This document shows positions 10,097 through 19,555 of a stretch of DNA of 58,259 bases, piece after piece (position 1 is the first letter of the stretch; each line of letters opens with the position of its first letter). Position numbers and translations under genes: made by a program. Source of the DNA: a virus (taxonomy: Duplodnaviria; Caudoviricetes); the IMG/VR virus record IMGVR_UViG_3300047509_000193, positions 1 to 58,259 of that record; one strand, written 5' to 3'. Under the pieces are notes generated by a model. It worked only from the letters and a program-made list of their open reading frames with translations. It was not told the DNA's origin and did no database searches.

Positions 10097-10764
10097 GGCG
10101 CTGCTCCCAAGACAGCAGGCGCCTTCTGCGCAGCCTTCAGGCGTGCCATCTCGGCGGCATCTGCTTTGGCTTTCTGATCGGAGATCGAAGCGCCTTTTGG
10201 CGCTTCATCGAAGTCCTTGGCCTCAAGCTCGGCCTGCGCCTCCCGCTGCGGCGTGGTTTCCAGCCAGGTAAGGTACGCATCTGCAGCGAGCTGTGTGGTG
10301 AACTTGCCGAAGTGCTTTCCGCCGGCCTTGTACAAGGCCAAGGCTTGGGCATCGCTCAGCAACAGGTTCTTGTCAATACTGGAGACAATGACCCAAGTCG
10401 GCAGGGTGGGTGGCAAAGTCGTTTCGTCCTTGTCCTCGATGACGATAGCATGGAAAGGCACCTTGCTCTCCACGGCGATGTTGCCGGCAAGGGCCGGCAC
10501 AGACGGGGCCAAGAGGACCTTGGGCACATCCGCCTCCATATGGGCCTGGCTGTCCCAGAGCCGACCGTCCACCCACTTTGGCCACTCGACCGGCATGTAG
10601 TTGCTGACAAGCTCCGGAGTGAGGCTGTATGTCAGGCCGATGCCGCGCAAGCGATCGAGCGCGGCAAAGATTTCCGTAAGCGCTGTATTGGCGAGCAGCG
10701 CCTCTTGCGGTTGCACAGCGAATTGCTTCGCTGCCCGATTGCGAATGTCATCACGACTGAGCAT
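10093..10764 (-). CDS. Hypothetical structural-region protein
   Basis: 223 aa directly after the coat gene, RBS present, EWPKWV motif. Confidence 0.65.
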   Translation of the reverse strand: MLSRDDIRNRAAKQFAVQPQEALLANTALTEIFAALDRLRGIGLTYSLTPELVSNYMPVEWPKWVDGRLWDSQAHMEADVPKVLLAPSVPALAGNIAVESKVPFHAIVIEDKDETTLPPTLPTWVIVSSIDKNLLLSDAQALALYKAGGKHFGKFTTQLAADAYLTWLETTPQREAQAELEAKDFDEAPKGASISDQKAKADAAEMARLKAAQKAPAVLGAAP

Positions 10765-10785
10765 AGGACTGTCCTTTCAAAGAGG

Positions 10786-12042
10786 CTAGACTGCATCACC
10801 AACAGCAACGCACCACTCCGGGCGAATGAACACAAAGCCATACAAGACGTCGAGCCTTGTAACCATCTGGTCCGTCGCGATGATGTAGTCCGAGATCATC
10901 CGCATGGAGATGCCATCGAATTCCTCCCGCGCGACTTCATGCACGCCCTTGGGAGTTTCGAGGTCGGCGGTGGCTAGGGTAATGGCTTCGGGGGCGAAGG
11001 CAATGTTCTTGCGATAGGTGCTGCCAGACAAGGTAGCCACCGAGATGTTCGCTCCGTTCGCCGGGGAGAAGTCCACGGTCTGATACTGGACGCCATTGAG
11101 GCCCGAGATGGGCACGTAGCCAGCGCCACCGGGGATGATAGCAGGATAGATGTTGATCAGCGTCCCGTTGGGTGCAACGGCAGAGGTGACGACGAACTGG
11201 GCCAATTGCCCATTGGTCTGCTTAGTGACCCTATTGACGGCGTTGACGCCGGCAAAGGTGATGATGTCGCCGATGGCCAAGCCGCCTGCAATGGCATTGG
11301 TGACGACCTGGAGGCCGGTCTGCGTCGCGCCAAGGACCGTGCCAGCCACTATGGCCGGAGCACCCATTCCCGTGTAAGAGGCTGTCAAATGCTTGATCAC
11401 CGTCTGGTCTGAGAACCAGTCGAAGCCCAAGGCTTCTTGCATCTGGCCAGACTCATATTGGCCGCTGATCGCCCGGCTGGGATTGAACAACCCCGTGAGG
11501 CTTGTCACCGTCCTGGCCATCGTCAGCGGGTCAAGGATGAGCTTGCGGTTCTTCCTCGGCGCAGACTTGATGTCGAGGATAGCGCCAGCGTTCAACCAGG
11601 TGCCGGCCAAGGGGGCAAGCACATTGCCAGAGGCATCGAGGTTAGCGGTGAAGTTGGAGACGCCAGCCTCAACGCCTGTCATCACGTCGGCCGCTACTGC
11701 GCCAGCCAGGTTATTCACCATCGGCGCAAGGACTCGACGGCTGAAGCTATCGAGCGACATTGTACGATCGACGGTGGAGTAGGACACATCGACGTGTTTC
11801 TGGGTAGCCAAGGGCAGCGTGATAGACTGTTCAGCAGTATCCTGCGCCGACAATGCCGGCCCAGTAGCTACGGTAAAGTCGTTAGGCAATCGAATCCTGA
11901 GACTCTGGCCGATCTTGGCCCCGGTTTGGGCGAAGCTGTCGTCGTATTGCCTGTCGATGTGCTGGAGGAATTCATTCGAATTGATAAACAATCGAATGGC
12001 TTCCAAGGTAATCATATTTATAGTCAGCAGTGTATTTGCCAT
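10786..12042 (-). CDS. Major capsid protein (P22 coat family)
   Basis: MANTLLTINMITLEA...RQYDDSFAQTGAKIGQSLRIRLP...RLDVLYG...RPEW. Confidence 0.92.
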   Translation of the reverse strand: MANTLLTINMITLEAIRLFINSNEFLQHIDRQYDDSFAQTGAKIGQSLRIRLPNDFTVATGPALSAQDTAEQSITLPLATQKHVDVSYSTVDRTMSLDSFSRRVLAPMVNNLAGAVAADVMTGVEAGVSNFTANLDASGNVLAPLAGTWLNAGAILDIKSAPRKNRKLILDPLTMARTVTSLTGLFNPSRAISGQYESGQMQEALGFDWFSDQTVIKHLTASYTGMGAPAIVAGTVLGATQTGLQVVTNAIAGGLAIGDIITFAGVNAVNRVTKQTNGQLAQFVVTSAVAPNGTLINIYPAIIPGGAGYVPISGLNGVQYQTVDFSPANGANISVATLSGSTYRKNIAFAPEAITLATADLETPKGVHEVAREEFDGISMRMISDYIIATDQMVTRLDVLYGFVFIRPEWCVAVGDAV

Positions 12043-12214
12043 CTGGACGACTCCAAGTGCTGGGCCATTGGCCCGTTAAGACATCAGGGGAGCCGTCGAA
12101 GATCTGTGGCATCAGACGGGGTTCGGACCTGGCTAATGGTCCTATTCTGCGCCTGGGCTGGGTTAGGCCCGCAGTCTTGCACCCACTGCATAGCTTTAAG
12201 GCAGCTAAGAAGCC

Positions 12215-13075
12215 TTATGCACGCTTTTGCTTCTCGCGAAGTTCTTTGTTCCGCAGCTCCATCCATTCAGCTGTGGGCATCTTCCCCGCATCATAGGTGC
12301 TGCGAGTGCCGCTGGCGCGGCCTGTGATCACCTGCGTGCCTGGGGCCGGAGTGCGGCTTATTTCCTTCTCAGGAACAAGGCCTGCCTGGAAGCGACTCAG
12401 CGCTACTCCTTGACGGCTTGGCGGCAAAGCCATAATCCTTGCCGCCTCATCATGGTTGATCGGCAGCGCCAAGGCGCTGAGCACTTCTGCTGGCTTATCC
12501 AACTCAATGACTGCCTCAACAAAGCTTCGAGGCATATTGGGGACGGCGCCTTGCGCCGTCTGCACCATGACAGGGCTGATATTGTGCAGGGCCTGCAAAG
12601 CGGTGTCAAAGGCCGGATTGGTCTTGCGACCCTCTGCCAAGACCTTATTTGTGGCATCGGAGAACAATTTGTCGTCCGCAATCCGTTGAGCCTCTTCTGC
12701 CACCTGTGCTGCCGTAAACCCAACTTGGGCACTTGGCTTCGCAGTCTTCAATTGCTCCACTTGACCCTTGAGGGCATCCCGCTCCCGCTCCGTCTCGCGC
12801 CAACTCTTTGTCAGCACATCAATACGATCAGATGCCCATTTAGGCATCTGCCCTCGCATTGCACGGAGCTCGGTGAGCTCCTTTATGGCATCTTCAAGGG
12901 TCTGCGGAAGATCAGAGGCAGATGCCTTTTTATCTTCTTTCTTCTCCTCGCCATCAGCTGCGCCCTTGCTCTCATCTGGCTTCTCGGCGTCGGACTTCAT
13001 ATCTGTCGCAGCAGAGCCTCCAGAACCGTCGCCGGCATCAGCTGCATAGACCGCATCCCAAGTCCTAATGAACAT
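12215..13075 (-). CDS. Capsid scaffolding protein
   Basis: Charged/coiled-coil protein immediately upstream of the coat gene; C-terminal M..AEWMELRNK helix. Confidence 0.75.
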   Translation of the reverse strand: MFIRTWDAVYAADAGDGSGGSAATDMKSDAEKPDESKGAADGEEKKEDKKASASDLPQTLEDAIKELTELRAMRGQMPKWASDRIDVLTKSWRETERERDALKGQVEQLKTAKPSAQVGFTAAQVAEEAQRIADDKLFSDATNKVLAEGRKTNPAFDTALQALHNISPVMVQTAQGAVPNMPRSFVEAVIELDKPAEVLSALALPINHDEAARIMALPPSRQGVALSRFQAGLVPEKEISRTPAPGTQVITGRASGTRSTYDAGKMPTAEWMELRNKELREKQKRA

Positions 13076-13397
13076 AACGCTGAATCCTTGCTCGCTGCGC
13101 CCGGCCCCTACCAAGTCGCAGCTCGTTGTCCTTTATCAAAGCATCGGCGATTTTGTCTTTCTCACTGTCAGGCAAAGGTGAGGACGGCCTTAGCAACTCA
13201 CTTAAGTGGGTCCGCACGGACGGAAGGACATCAGGCCAAATGGCGGCTACGAAAGCCGCCCTATCAGGGTTTAGCTTGTACCAAAGGTTATCCTGCGCCA
13301 AGCGTTCGTAGAGCGTCTCTGCAAAGCCAATAGCGACTTCCTTGAGCAATGGGTGGACCCAGCCACGCCGGTTCGGCCTTGACTTCACATAGCGCAT
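13065..13397 (-). CDS. Hypothetical protein
   Basis: 110-aa ORF coupled to its neighbours in the head operon. Confidence 0.65.
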   Translation of the reverse strand: MRYVKSRPNRRGWVHPLLKEVAIGFAETLYERLAQDNLWYKLNPDRAAFVAAIWPDVLPSVRTHLSELLRPSSPLPDSEKDKIADALIKDNELRLGRGRAQRARIQRYVH

Positions 13398-14389
13398 TAG
13401 GCGGTTCTCCCCTGGTTCCCAGTGATGTATGGATTCCCTACTTGCGCCGGCCTACTTTGGTCCCCATAGGGATTGACGCCGTTGGCCCCAAGCAAGAGGT
13501 TCTGCAACAGTGGGTTGATCTGCCCCTGGGCAATGCCCGCTTGAATGCTCGTTGGTCCCTGGGTAGTGGTAAGGCTGTTGATTGGACCTCCGAAGGGGCC
13601 TTGGGCACCGCCACCTGCCCCCTGATTATTGTTGTTTGTGGACTGTCCGCCGCCGCTGAAATCTGCGCTACGCGCCAAGTCTGCCACCTTGCCGCCAAGC
13701 CCTACACCGGCTGCACCTGTAAAGCCTCCCATAATAGCACCAGGGATGCCGCCAGTAAGCATTCCAGTGCCGATACCAGCAAGGGCGCCCATCACATCTG
13801 GCGGATTGACTCCAGCCATCATCGCCTGCACACCAGTGAAAGTGTGCTGTGCCATGTTGCCAAGCTCATTGCCAACGGAGGTATCGGAGCCAGCAGCTGC
13901 TGCTGTGCCAGGGTCGCTTGCGTTGGCACCGCCCGAGGCGTCACCACCGCCAACACCCATACCGCCTGCACCGCCACCTACCGAGCCTCCCGAGCCTGCT
14001 GCCTGTCCACCCGAGGCACCGCTGCCTGATCCATCTGCACCACCCTGCCCACCAGGGCCACCACCGCCACCACTTCCAGCGCCTTGCCCACTCCCTCCAC
14101 CATCCCCTCCATCGCCACCATCTCCTTCAAACTGAATCAATCCTGTCTTTTGGTTAATACTGTTTTGTGGATGCCCTACAGTGAATCGGTCTGCAAGGCG
14201 CCCTAGCATCTGTCCATGCAAGGCCTTGATCTCTGGCGTCACATGCTCCTCTGGAATGACTAGATCGCCAGGGCTCATATGGGCAAGGTAGCGATCGGCA
14301 CCATTCCCCTGCTGTGCCACATGATCGAGCAGGAAGGGGTCGTAGTCAACGGGCCGAGCGCCAAGAGGCGCTCCTGAGACTTGTGTCAA
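13397..14389 (-). CDS. Gly-rich putative virion/ejection protein
   Basis: DRYLAHMSPG...SINQKTGLIQF motif followed by a long Gly-rich low-complexity tract. Confidence 0.65.
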   Translation of the reverse strand: MTQVSGAPLGARPVDYDPFLLDHVAQQGNGADRYLAHMSPGDLVIPEEHVTPEIKALHGQMLGRLADRFTVGHPQNSINQKTGLIQFEGDGGDGGDGGGSGQGAGSGGGGGPGGQGGADGSGSGASGGQAAGSGGSVGGGAGGMGVGGGDASGGANASDPGTAAAAGSDTSVGNELGNMAQHTFTGVQAMMAGVNPPDVMGALAGIGTGMLTGGIPGAIMGGFTGAAGVGLGGKVADLARSADFSGGGQSTNNNNQGAGGGAQGPFGGPINSLTTTQGPTSIQAGIAQGQINPLLQNLLLGANGVNPYGDQSRPAQVGNPYITGNQGRTA

Positions 14390-15867
14390 TGTGGTACCTC
14401 CACATATTTGCCCGGCCGCTCAGGGTCAAGGACATAGAACCGGCCATTAGGTGCTCGGCGGGCCTCTGGTACCTTGGGATGGGCCTCAGAGGCAAAGTCC
14501 GGCACATGGTCCACCGGACGCAAGTCTGGCCCAAAGGGATCATGGTCCACTGGCGTGAGGGCCTTCCCATTCCGCGCTGTGATCTTGATGTTGCTGGGGT
14601 CGAAGATGACCAGGTTGTGAGTCTGGTTTTCATCCAGATATCTTTGCATATCTGCCTGCTTACCTTTGGCAACTATACCTCCTCCAGGTCTAGCAACAAT
14701 CCAGTCATGTGTAGGAACCGTAGGGGCTCGCAAAGCAAGCCCGCGGCTCTGCTGATCCAGGAACTTGACGCCCGGAACGCCAGCTTCGTGGAGAGCCTTG
14801 CTTGCTGCTGGCTCGTCCGCGTATGGCACCGTGTACTGGTTTGTACCTTGTCCAAGTGTATGTTGCCCACCTTTCTCAGCTGCTAAGGCTTTGTAAATAT
14901 CTTCTCCTGTCGCTGAAAATGGATCATGTAGCCAATGCTTAGGATCATTCTCTGCTTCCGGATAAAGCTTTTGCAAACCAGTTTTCACCTGTGTACTCTG
15001 CTCTCCTAGCCACTTGTCCCAGTCCAGCAATTCATGCTTATCCGGCCGGACCTCAACGTTGTACAGGCTCCCTGGCTGTGTCATCTCCCAATTGCGTGCC
15101 TGCCCAACGCGCTCAATATTCCTTCCTTCTGGATATGTCGCATGGTTGCGGGCGCCCTCAGTGTCCTGCCAATGCTCCGGATTGCCAAGATCTGCAATAT
15201 TTTTTCCATTGTTGGGTTTGACAGCACGGACATCTACGGACCAACCCTGTCCCTGATCTGGATTAAACTTCACCACGCGATCGAAGCCGGAGTATGACGG
15301 CACTATTTGCCCAGGCTCGAAGTATTTTTGCAGAATATCGGCTGGCTTTAGTGGACTGCCGCCGACGTCTGCTGGTACACCTTGACCAGCAGGCCGATAG
15401 CTTCCTCCCACACCTTTGTTTTCGGCCAAATAGTGCCCATAGCTAAAAGCCTGAGCGCCTTCGCCCGACCCGATGGCCTCGTCGCGGAAGCGCCCCAAGG
15501 GTGCTCCAGGCTCCGCCCTAAACTCGTGTGGGCTGCCATGCCAAGCAGAGATGGCACGAAGTGCTCCAGGAGGAGCAGGAACACCCGCCCCTGCAAGCGC
15601 CAAGTCCACTCCATAGTCGGCCGCCAGTGGCCCTATGTCCCTTACATCATGCTTGCCTGCAAGCACATCGCTTGGAGTCTTGACAAGGCCCAGCAGGGCG
15701 TTGCCAGTGCCTTTGACAAGCTGCCCGCCGGCATAAGCGGCGAAGTCTCCGAGGTCCGGTGGCCCTTTCTGATAGCCCTCAAGCAGATTCTGCCTGGGCA
15801 CACCGGCAAGGAGATTGACTGGCGGCGGCGCTACGCCCTGGTCATCATCTTGGTATTGCTCTGGCAT
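14386..15867 (-). CDS. ADP-ribosyltransferase-fold (polyvalent-protein type) virion-region protein
   Basis: AWHGSPHEF...IGSGEGAQAFSYGHYLAEN...GSLYNV...GVPGVKFLD...NLVIFDPSNIKI. Confidence 0.65.
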   Translation of the reverse strand: MPEQYQDDDQGVAPPPVNLLAGVPRQNLLEGYQKGPPDLGDFAAYAGGQLVKGTGNALLGLVKTPSDVLAGKHDVRDIGPLAADYGVDLALAGAGVPAPPGALRAISAWHGSPHEFRAEPGAPLGRFRDEAIGSGEGAQAFSYGHYLAENKGVGGSYRPAGQGVPADVGGSPLKPADILQKYFEPGQIVPSYSGFDRVVKFNPDQGQGWSVDVRAVKPNNGKNIADLGNPEHWQDTEGARNHATYPEGRNIERVGQARNWEMTQPGSLYNVEVRPDKHELLDWDKWLGEQSTQVKTGLQKLYPEAENDPKHWLHDPFSATGEDIYKALAAEKGGQHTLGQGTNQYTVPYADEPAASKALHEAGVPGVKFLDQQSRGLALRAPTVPTHDWIVARPGGGIVAKGKQADMQRYLDENQTHNLVIFDPSNIKITARNGKALTPVDHDPFGPDLRPVDHVPDFASEAHPKVPEARRAPNGRFYVLDPERPGKYVEVPH

Positions 15868-15870
15868 AGC

Positions 15871-18135
15871 CTAGCCCACTAAGGCATATTTGCCTGGCCT
15901 TGTCGGGTCAGGCACATACCAGTGTCCATCGCGCGCTTTACGGGCGCCCGGAGCCGGCGGCGAGGTGCTTTCAGCACCTCCTTCATTGGTCTGGGCAGGG
16001 GCGGCACCGTTGCCAGCACTCGGGCTGCCCCCACCGTTGCCGGCGCCTGGGGCGGCCCCCTCGCTTGCCACATCCATACTCTTGTGCTCGTCCGCCTGCA
16101 CGAGTTGCATTTGGTTGTGCTCAATGTCGTGCATGAGCTGGGCCTTGAGCACGCCAAGGGTGCCCTGATCAATGCCATGATCAGCCAAGACCTTGAGCCG
16201 CCTTGTGTCCGCCTCAAACGCATCAATCTCACGCATTTCGTCCTTACCCTTGAGCTTGAGGCTAAGCCCAGCTTCCTTATCCATCGCCTTGATCAGGAGC
16301 TGGGTCAGGTTCTGCACCTGGAGCTGCAATTGCTGCTCCGCCTGGCTCGGCCCCTTGCCAAGTGCTTGTGGAGGTAGCATTCTCTTAAAGCGCTCCGCGG
16401 CCTCATCCGCGCCTGGGAAGTCCGCCGCCCTCATCCAAATGTCGCCCACGAGGTTGGCCATATCCGGGGCCTGCGCTATCAGCGTGGTCAAGGCATCGAA
16501 CATCTGCTGCCTCTGCGTTCCGTAGGCCGGCCCGATGTCTGCTTGGACATCATATTTGCCCAGCTTAGGATTGAAGATCCTCTTGACAACCTCTTGGTCA
16601 TGGTTTAAGTGCTCTAAGTAACTCTGCTTGGCCTGTGGATCAATCTCGATCTCGAAGTCTGTACCATCCAGGGCCAAGATCTGCATCGCCCTCTTGGTAT
16701 CGTAGACTAAGGGGATCTGATCAAGCAAAATCCGGCCAACATGCCGAAGAGCAACGCCCAAATTATCAATAAAGTGATAAGTAGCGTTATCTCCCTGCCG
16801 TTGTCGTTCCGCAAGGGCTTTGCCAGACCTTTCATTGCTCGGCTCCCCCATCTGCGGTTGGTACTGCCCCGAGACCATCATCATCTCGTTGACGGCCACC
16901 TGCATACCAGAGAGGTAGGCGGGGCCATATTCCGGGGGCTGGGTCCTTGTTGGCGCCGGGAGGGCGTTGCCTGCATCGTCGAAGGCATTATAGGGCAACA
17001 CCGAGTGATTGACCCTGTTGGCCGTATTCCAGTATCCCTCATAGTCCTCGATGGCCTGTGCAGGGGCTACCCAGGGGGTTTTGCCCTGGAGTGCTACGTG
17101 CTCAACGGCGGAGCTGGTCCAGAAGTTATAAATGCGGCCTGGGTCCTTGAGCGCCCTTGTGTGGCCCTTGCGGTCGAGCTTGCCATCGATGATGGTCTCT
17201 TCCCCGATGACCGGCACCAGGCTAATGTATTTGCCTAGCTCGTCGGTCTGCTCGGCGATCTGGTCTCCGACAATCAGATACCGTTCGATCTTAGTGTAAG
17301 TGATGGGACGGCGCTGGATGGTCTTATCGGCCGTAATGTCCTTCCAGATGTCACTTGGCAGCTTTGACCGGCGGATTGTCTCCATCTGGCCAGTCTGGGG
17401 ATTCCGCATCGCCGCAAGCTCATCCTTGATCTCAAGCTTACGGAAGTATTCCACAACGCGGATATGGTCTTTGCTTGTGATCCCGCCAATCCCCAGGGCA
17501 TTGTCGTTGAAGTCCTTCAGGTCTGGATATGCGTCCTCAAAATCGTCCTTCAGAACGTCGTCAAACACGAAGCAGAACTTCATGTCGCTCTTGTCGGCCT
17601 CTTTGGCATCTGGATCGCAGTAGACACTAAGCGGGTCGTTGACCCTTCTTATGAAGAGGTCCTGCTCAAAGCTTTCCTCGTCTCGGTACTCCCGCGTGAC
17701 CCTGATCCAGCCAATACCACACTTGACCTGGAACTCCGTTGCCGTGCTATAGGCGGTCTGCGCATTGCTCTGGTATTCAATATTCCTTACTATGCTCTCG
17801 TAGGTCTTGGCCGACTCGTAAGTGGCCCCGTTCCCAGTGCCCCGAATAACAATGCCGGGCTTATTCTGCTTAGAGTCATTGATGATTTGCAGATTATGTT
17901 GCCGAGTCCTATTGACTGTCAGGCAGGGCCTTTCATCAATATCTCTATTCCTCCGTACGGCGTCTGGCCAAGCAAAGCCGTTGTCAGCGTCTGCCTCTGC
18001 AAACTTATAGTCCTCCACAAAGCTCGTTCGGCAGATGCTTTCGTAGTCGATGCAACGGCGAAGCCGCTTGTCCGCCTCATCGACGACAACGTGGCGGACG
18101 GAGCCGGGGAGCCGTGCTGCCCCTCCCTCAGCCAC
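15871..18135 (-). CDS. Portal protein (P22-like)
   Basis: 754 aa directly after TerL; RPCLTVN, YNFWTS, SGKAL..RQRQG, GKYDV..DIGPAYGTQRQ motifs. Confidence 0.92.
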   Translation of the reverse strand: MAEGGAARLPGSVRHVVVDEADKRLRRCIDYESICRTSFVEDYKFAEADADNGFAWPDAVRRNRDIDERPCLTVNRTRQHNLQIINDSKQNKPGIVIRGTGNGATYESAKTYESIVRNIEYQSNAQTAYSTATEFQVKCGIGWIRVTREYRDEESFEQDLFIRRVNDPLSVYCDPDAKEADKSDMKFCFVFDDVLKDDFEDAYPDLKDFNDNALGIGGITSKDHIRVVEYFRKLEIKDELAAMRNPQTGQMETIRRSKLPSDIWKDITADKTIQRRPITYTKIERYLIVGDQIAEQTDELGKYISLVPVIGEETIIDGKLDRKGHTRALKDPGRIYNFWTSSAVEHVALQGKTPWVAPAQAIEDYEGYWNTANRVNHSVLPYNAFDDAGNALPAPTRTQPPEYGPAYLSGMQVAVNEMMMVSGQYQPQMGEPSNERSGKALAERQRQGDNATYHFIDNLGVALRHVGRILLDQIPLVYDTKRAMQILALDGTDFEIEIDPQAKQSYLEHLNHDQEVVKRIFNPKLGKYDVQADIGPAYGTQRQQMFDALTTLIAQAPDMANLVGDIWMRAADFPGADEAAERFKRMLPPQALGKGPSQAEQQLQLQVQNLTQLLIKAMDKEAGLSLKLKGKDEMREIDAFEADTRRLKVLADHGIDQGTLGVLKAQLMHDIEHNQMQLVQADEHKSMDVASEGAAPGAGNGGGSPSAGNGAAPAQTNEGGAESTSPPAPGARKARDGHWYVPDPTRPGKYALVG

Positions 18136-19477
18136 CGAGCCACCTCAGGTTAGAGGCTACTCGTCGTCCGGCCTCAAAGACGAAGCCGGGCTTGCGCTCT
18201 GCCGCGTTGATTAGCTTGTCATTGCCCTTGGCCCTTGGCGCCTTCAGCGCAACGGCGAGCCCTCTAAAGGCATCTGCGTCATGGCTATGGATATCATGGA
18301 CTGGCTCTTTGGAGAGCCTACCGCCTACTTCAACAACCTCGTAGTGATAACCTCTAAGGGACTTGACTCCTGCTTCGCATCGCTCTGCATCGAACCAGCA
18401 GCTTCCAAAGACTGTCCGCGCAGCGTTAATGCCATCAGCGAGGCTAAGCCTTGGCACGATCCTAGTCTTAAATCCCTTGGCTCGGAGCAGCTCCTCGATG
18501 CTCTTGCCCGTTCCAAGGCTCTTAGCCTTGGCGTCGTGAGGAAGCCAATGCGTGTCAAAGATATAGCCTTTCGACTGGAGGACACCAAGGTAGTGATCGA
18601 GGCTCCGCAGGTGATTGCTGTAATGGTCTATGATGTGGTTTTCAAACCCAACTCGTTGGGCGAACCAAATCGAAGTGTGATCTGCCCATCCCAGGTCCCA
18701 AAAAGTGCTGACGCCAACGGTCGGATCATAGGGCACTTTGCACAGGCGTCCATCACGCACCAAGTCCCTGAGTTCCTCCGCGTAAACGGCGCCCTCGAGC
18801 AGAATCCTGCATTCTCCTTCCCACACATGCAGGTATTCATCATAATCCTTTCGCTTGAGCTCTTCAAGCTCATCTCGAAGGACTTGTGGGAACCAGGGAT
18901 TGTTTCGCCAAGTGATCTTCCTGACAAAGGCCATATCCTCAGGCGGTGGACTCTTAATGAACCTTTGATAGGTCTCGTCGCTTTCAAGGTCTGGATTAAA
19001 AGTTACCCAGATCTCACTGCCGTCCTTGCGAATGGTTGGGATCAATATCTCCCACGAGGCCTTGGTCACCCGATGAGCTTCTTCCACCCAGCAGATGTCC
19101 ACGCCCTCATAGGACTTAATGCGATCCACGTTCCTGTAAATGCCCTCGAAGAAGAAGCCCGTGCCCAGGTCATTATAGATTTGGGTCTTCTCGATCTTGT
19201 ACGGCAAGTTCATCAAGGCGATCTGGTCGCTGAGTAGCTTGTGCACAGACTCCGCGATGGAGTTCTGCAACTCACGAGCACATAAGATTCTCAAAGGCCT
19301 CTGCATCCCAAGGATTAGCAGGGCCCTTGCAGCACCCCAACTCTTCGCTCCACCTCGTCCCCCATAAGCTACCTTGTATCTCTTCGGCCTAAACAAGAAG
19401 TCCAAAGCCTGCGGAAAGCCAGCCTCGACCTTGCGACTTGGCTGACCTTTCACAGGGCTTGGGCTTAGGGTGTCCAT
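18128..19477 (-). CDS. terL: Terminase large subunit
   Basis: YGGRGGAKS Walker A, CARELQNSI, WVEEA Walker B, WDLG and HD..SHDADAFR nuclease motifs. Confidence 0.95.
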   Translation of the reverse strand: MDTLSPSPVKGQPSRKVEAGFPQALDFLFRPKRYKVAYGGRGGAKSWGAARALLILGMQRPLRILCARELQNSIAESVHKLLSDQIALMNLPYKIEKTQIYNDLGTGFFFEGIYRNVDRIKSYEGVDICWVEEAHRVTKASWEILIPTIRKDGSEIWVTFNPDLESDETYQRFIKSPPPEDMAFVRKITWRNNPWFPQVLRDELEELKRKDYDEYLHVWEGECRILLEGAVYAEELRDLVRDGRLCKVPYDPTVGVSTFWDLGWADHTSIWFAQRVGFENHIIDHYSNHLRSLDHYLGVLQSKGYIFDTHWLPHDAKAKSLGTGKSIEELLRAKGFKTRIVPRLSLADGINAARTVFGSCWFDAERCEAGVKSLRGYHYEVVEVGGRLSKEPVHDIHSHDADAFRGLAVALKAPRAKGNDKLINAAERKPGFVFEAGRRVASNLRWLGG

Positions 19478-19555
19478 GCGTGGGCCTGTTCACAAATCAA
19501 AACATGGGCCGGAGGAGGCTTGCACCCCCTCCACCCAAGCCGGGGCTTCGCCCCC

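Noticed and set aside
12085-12120. Hammerhead ribozyme suggested by CTGATG on the minus strand
   Set aside because: No CUGANGA plus GAAA core in the required arrangement.
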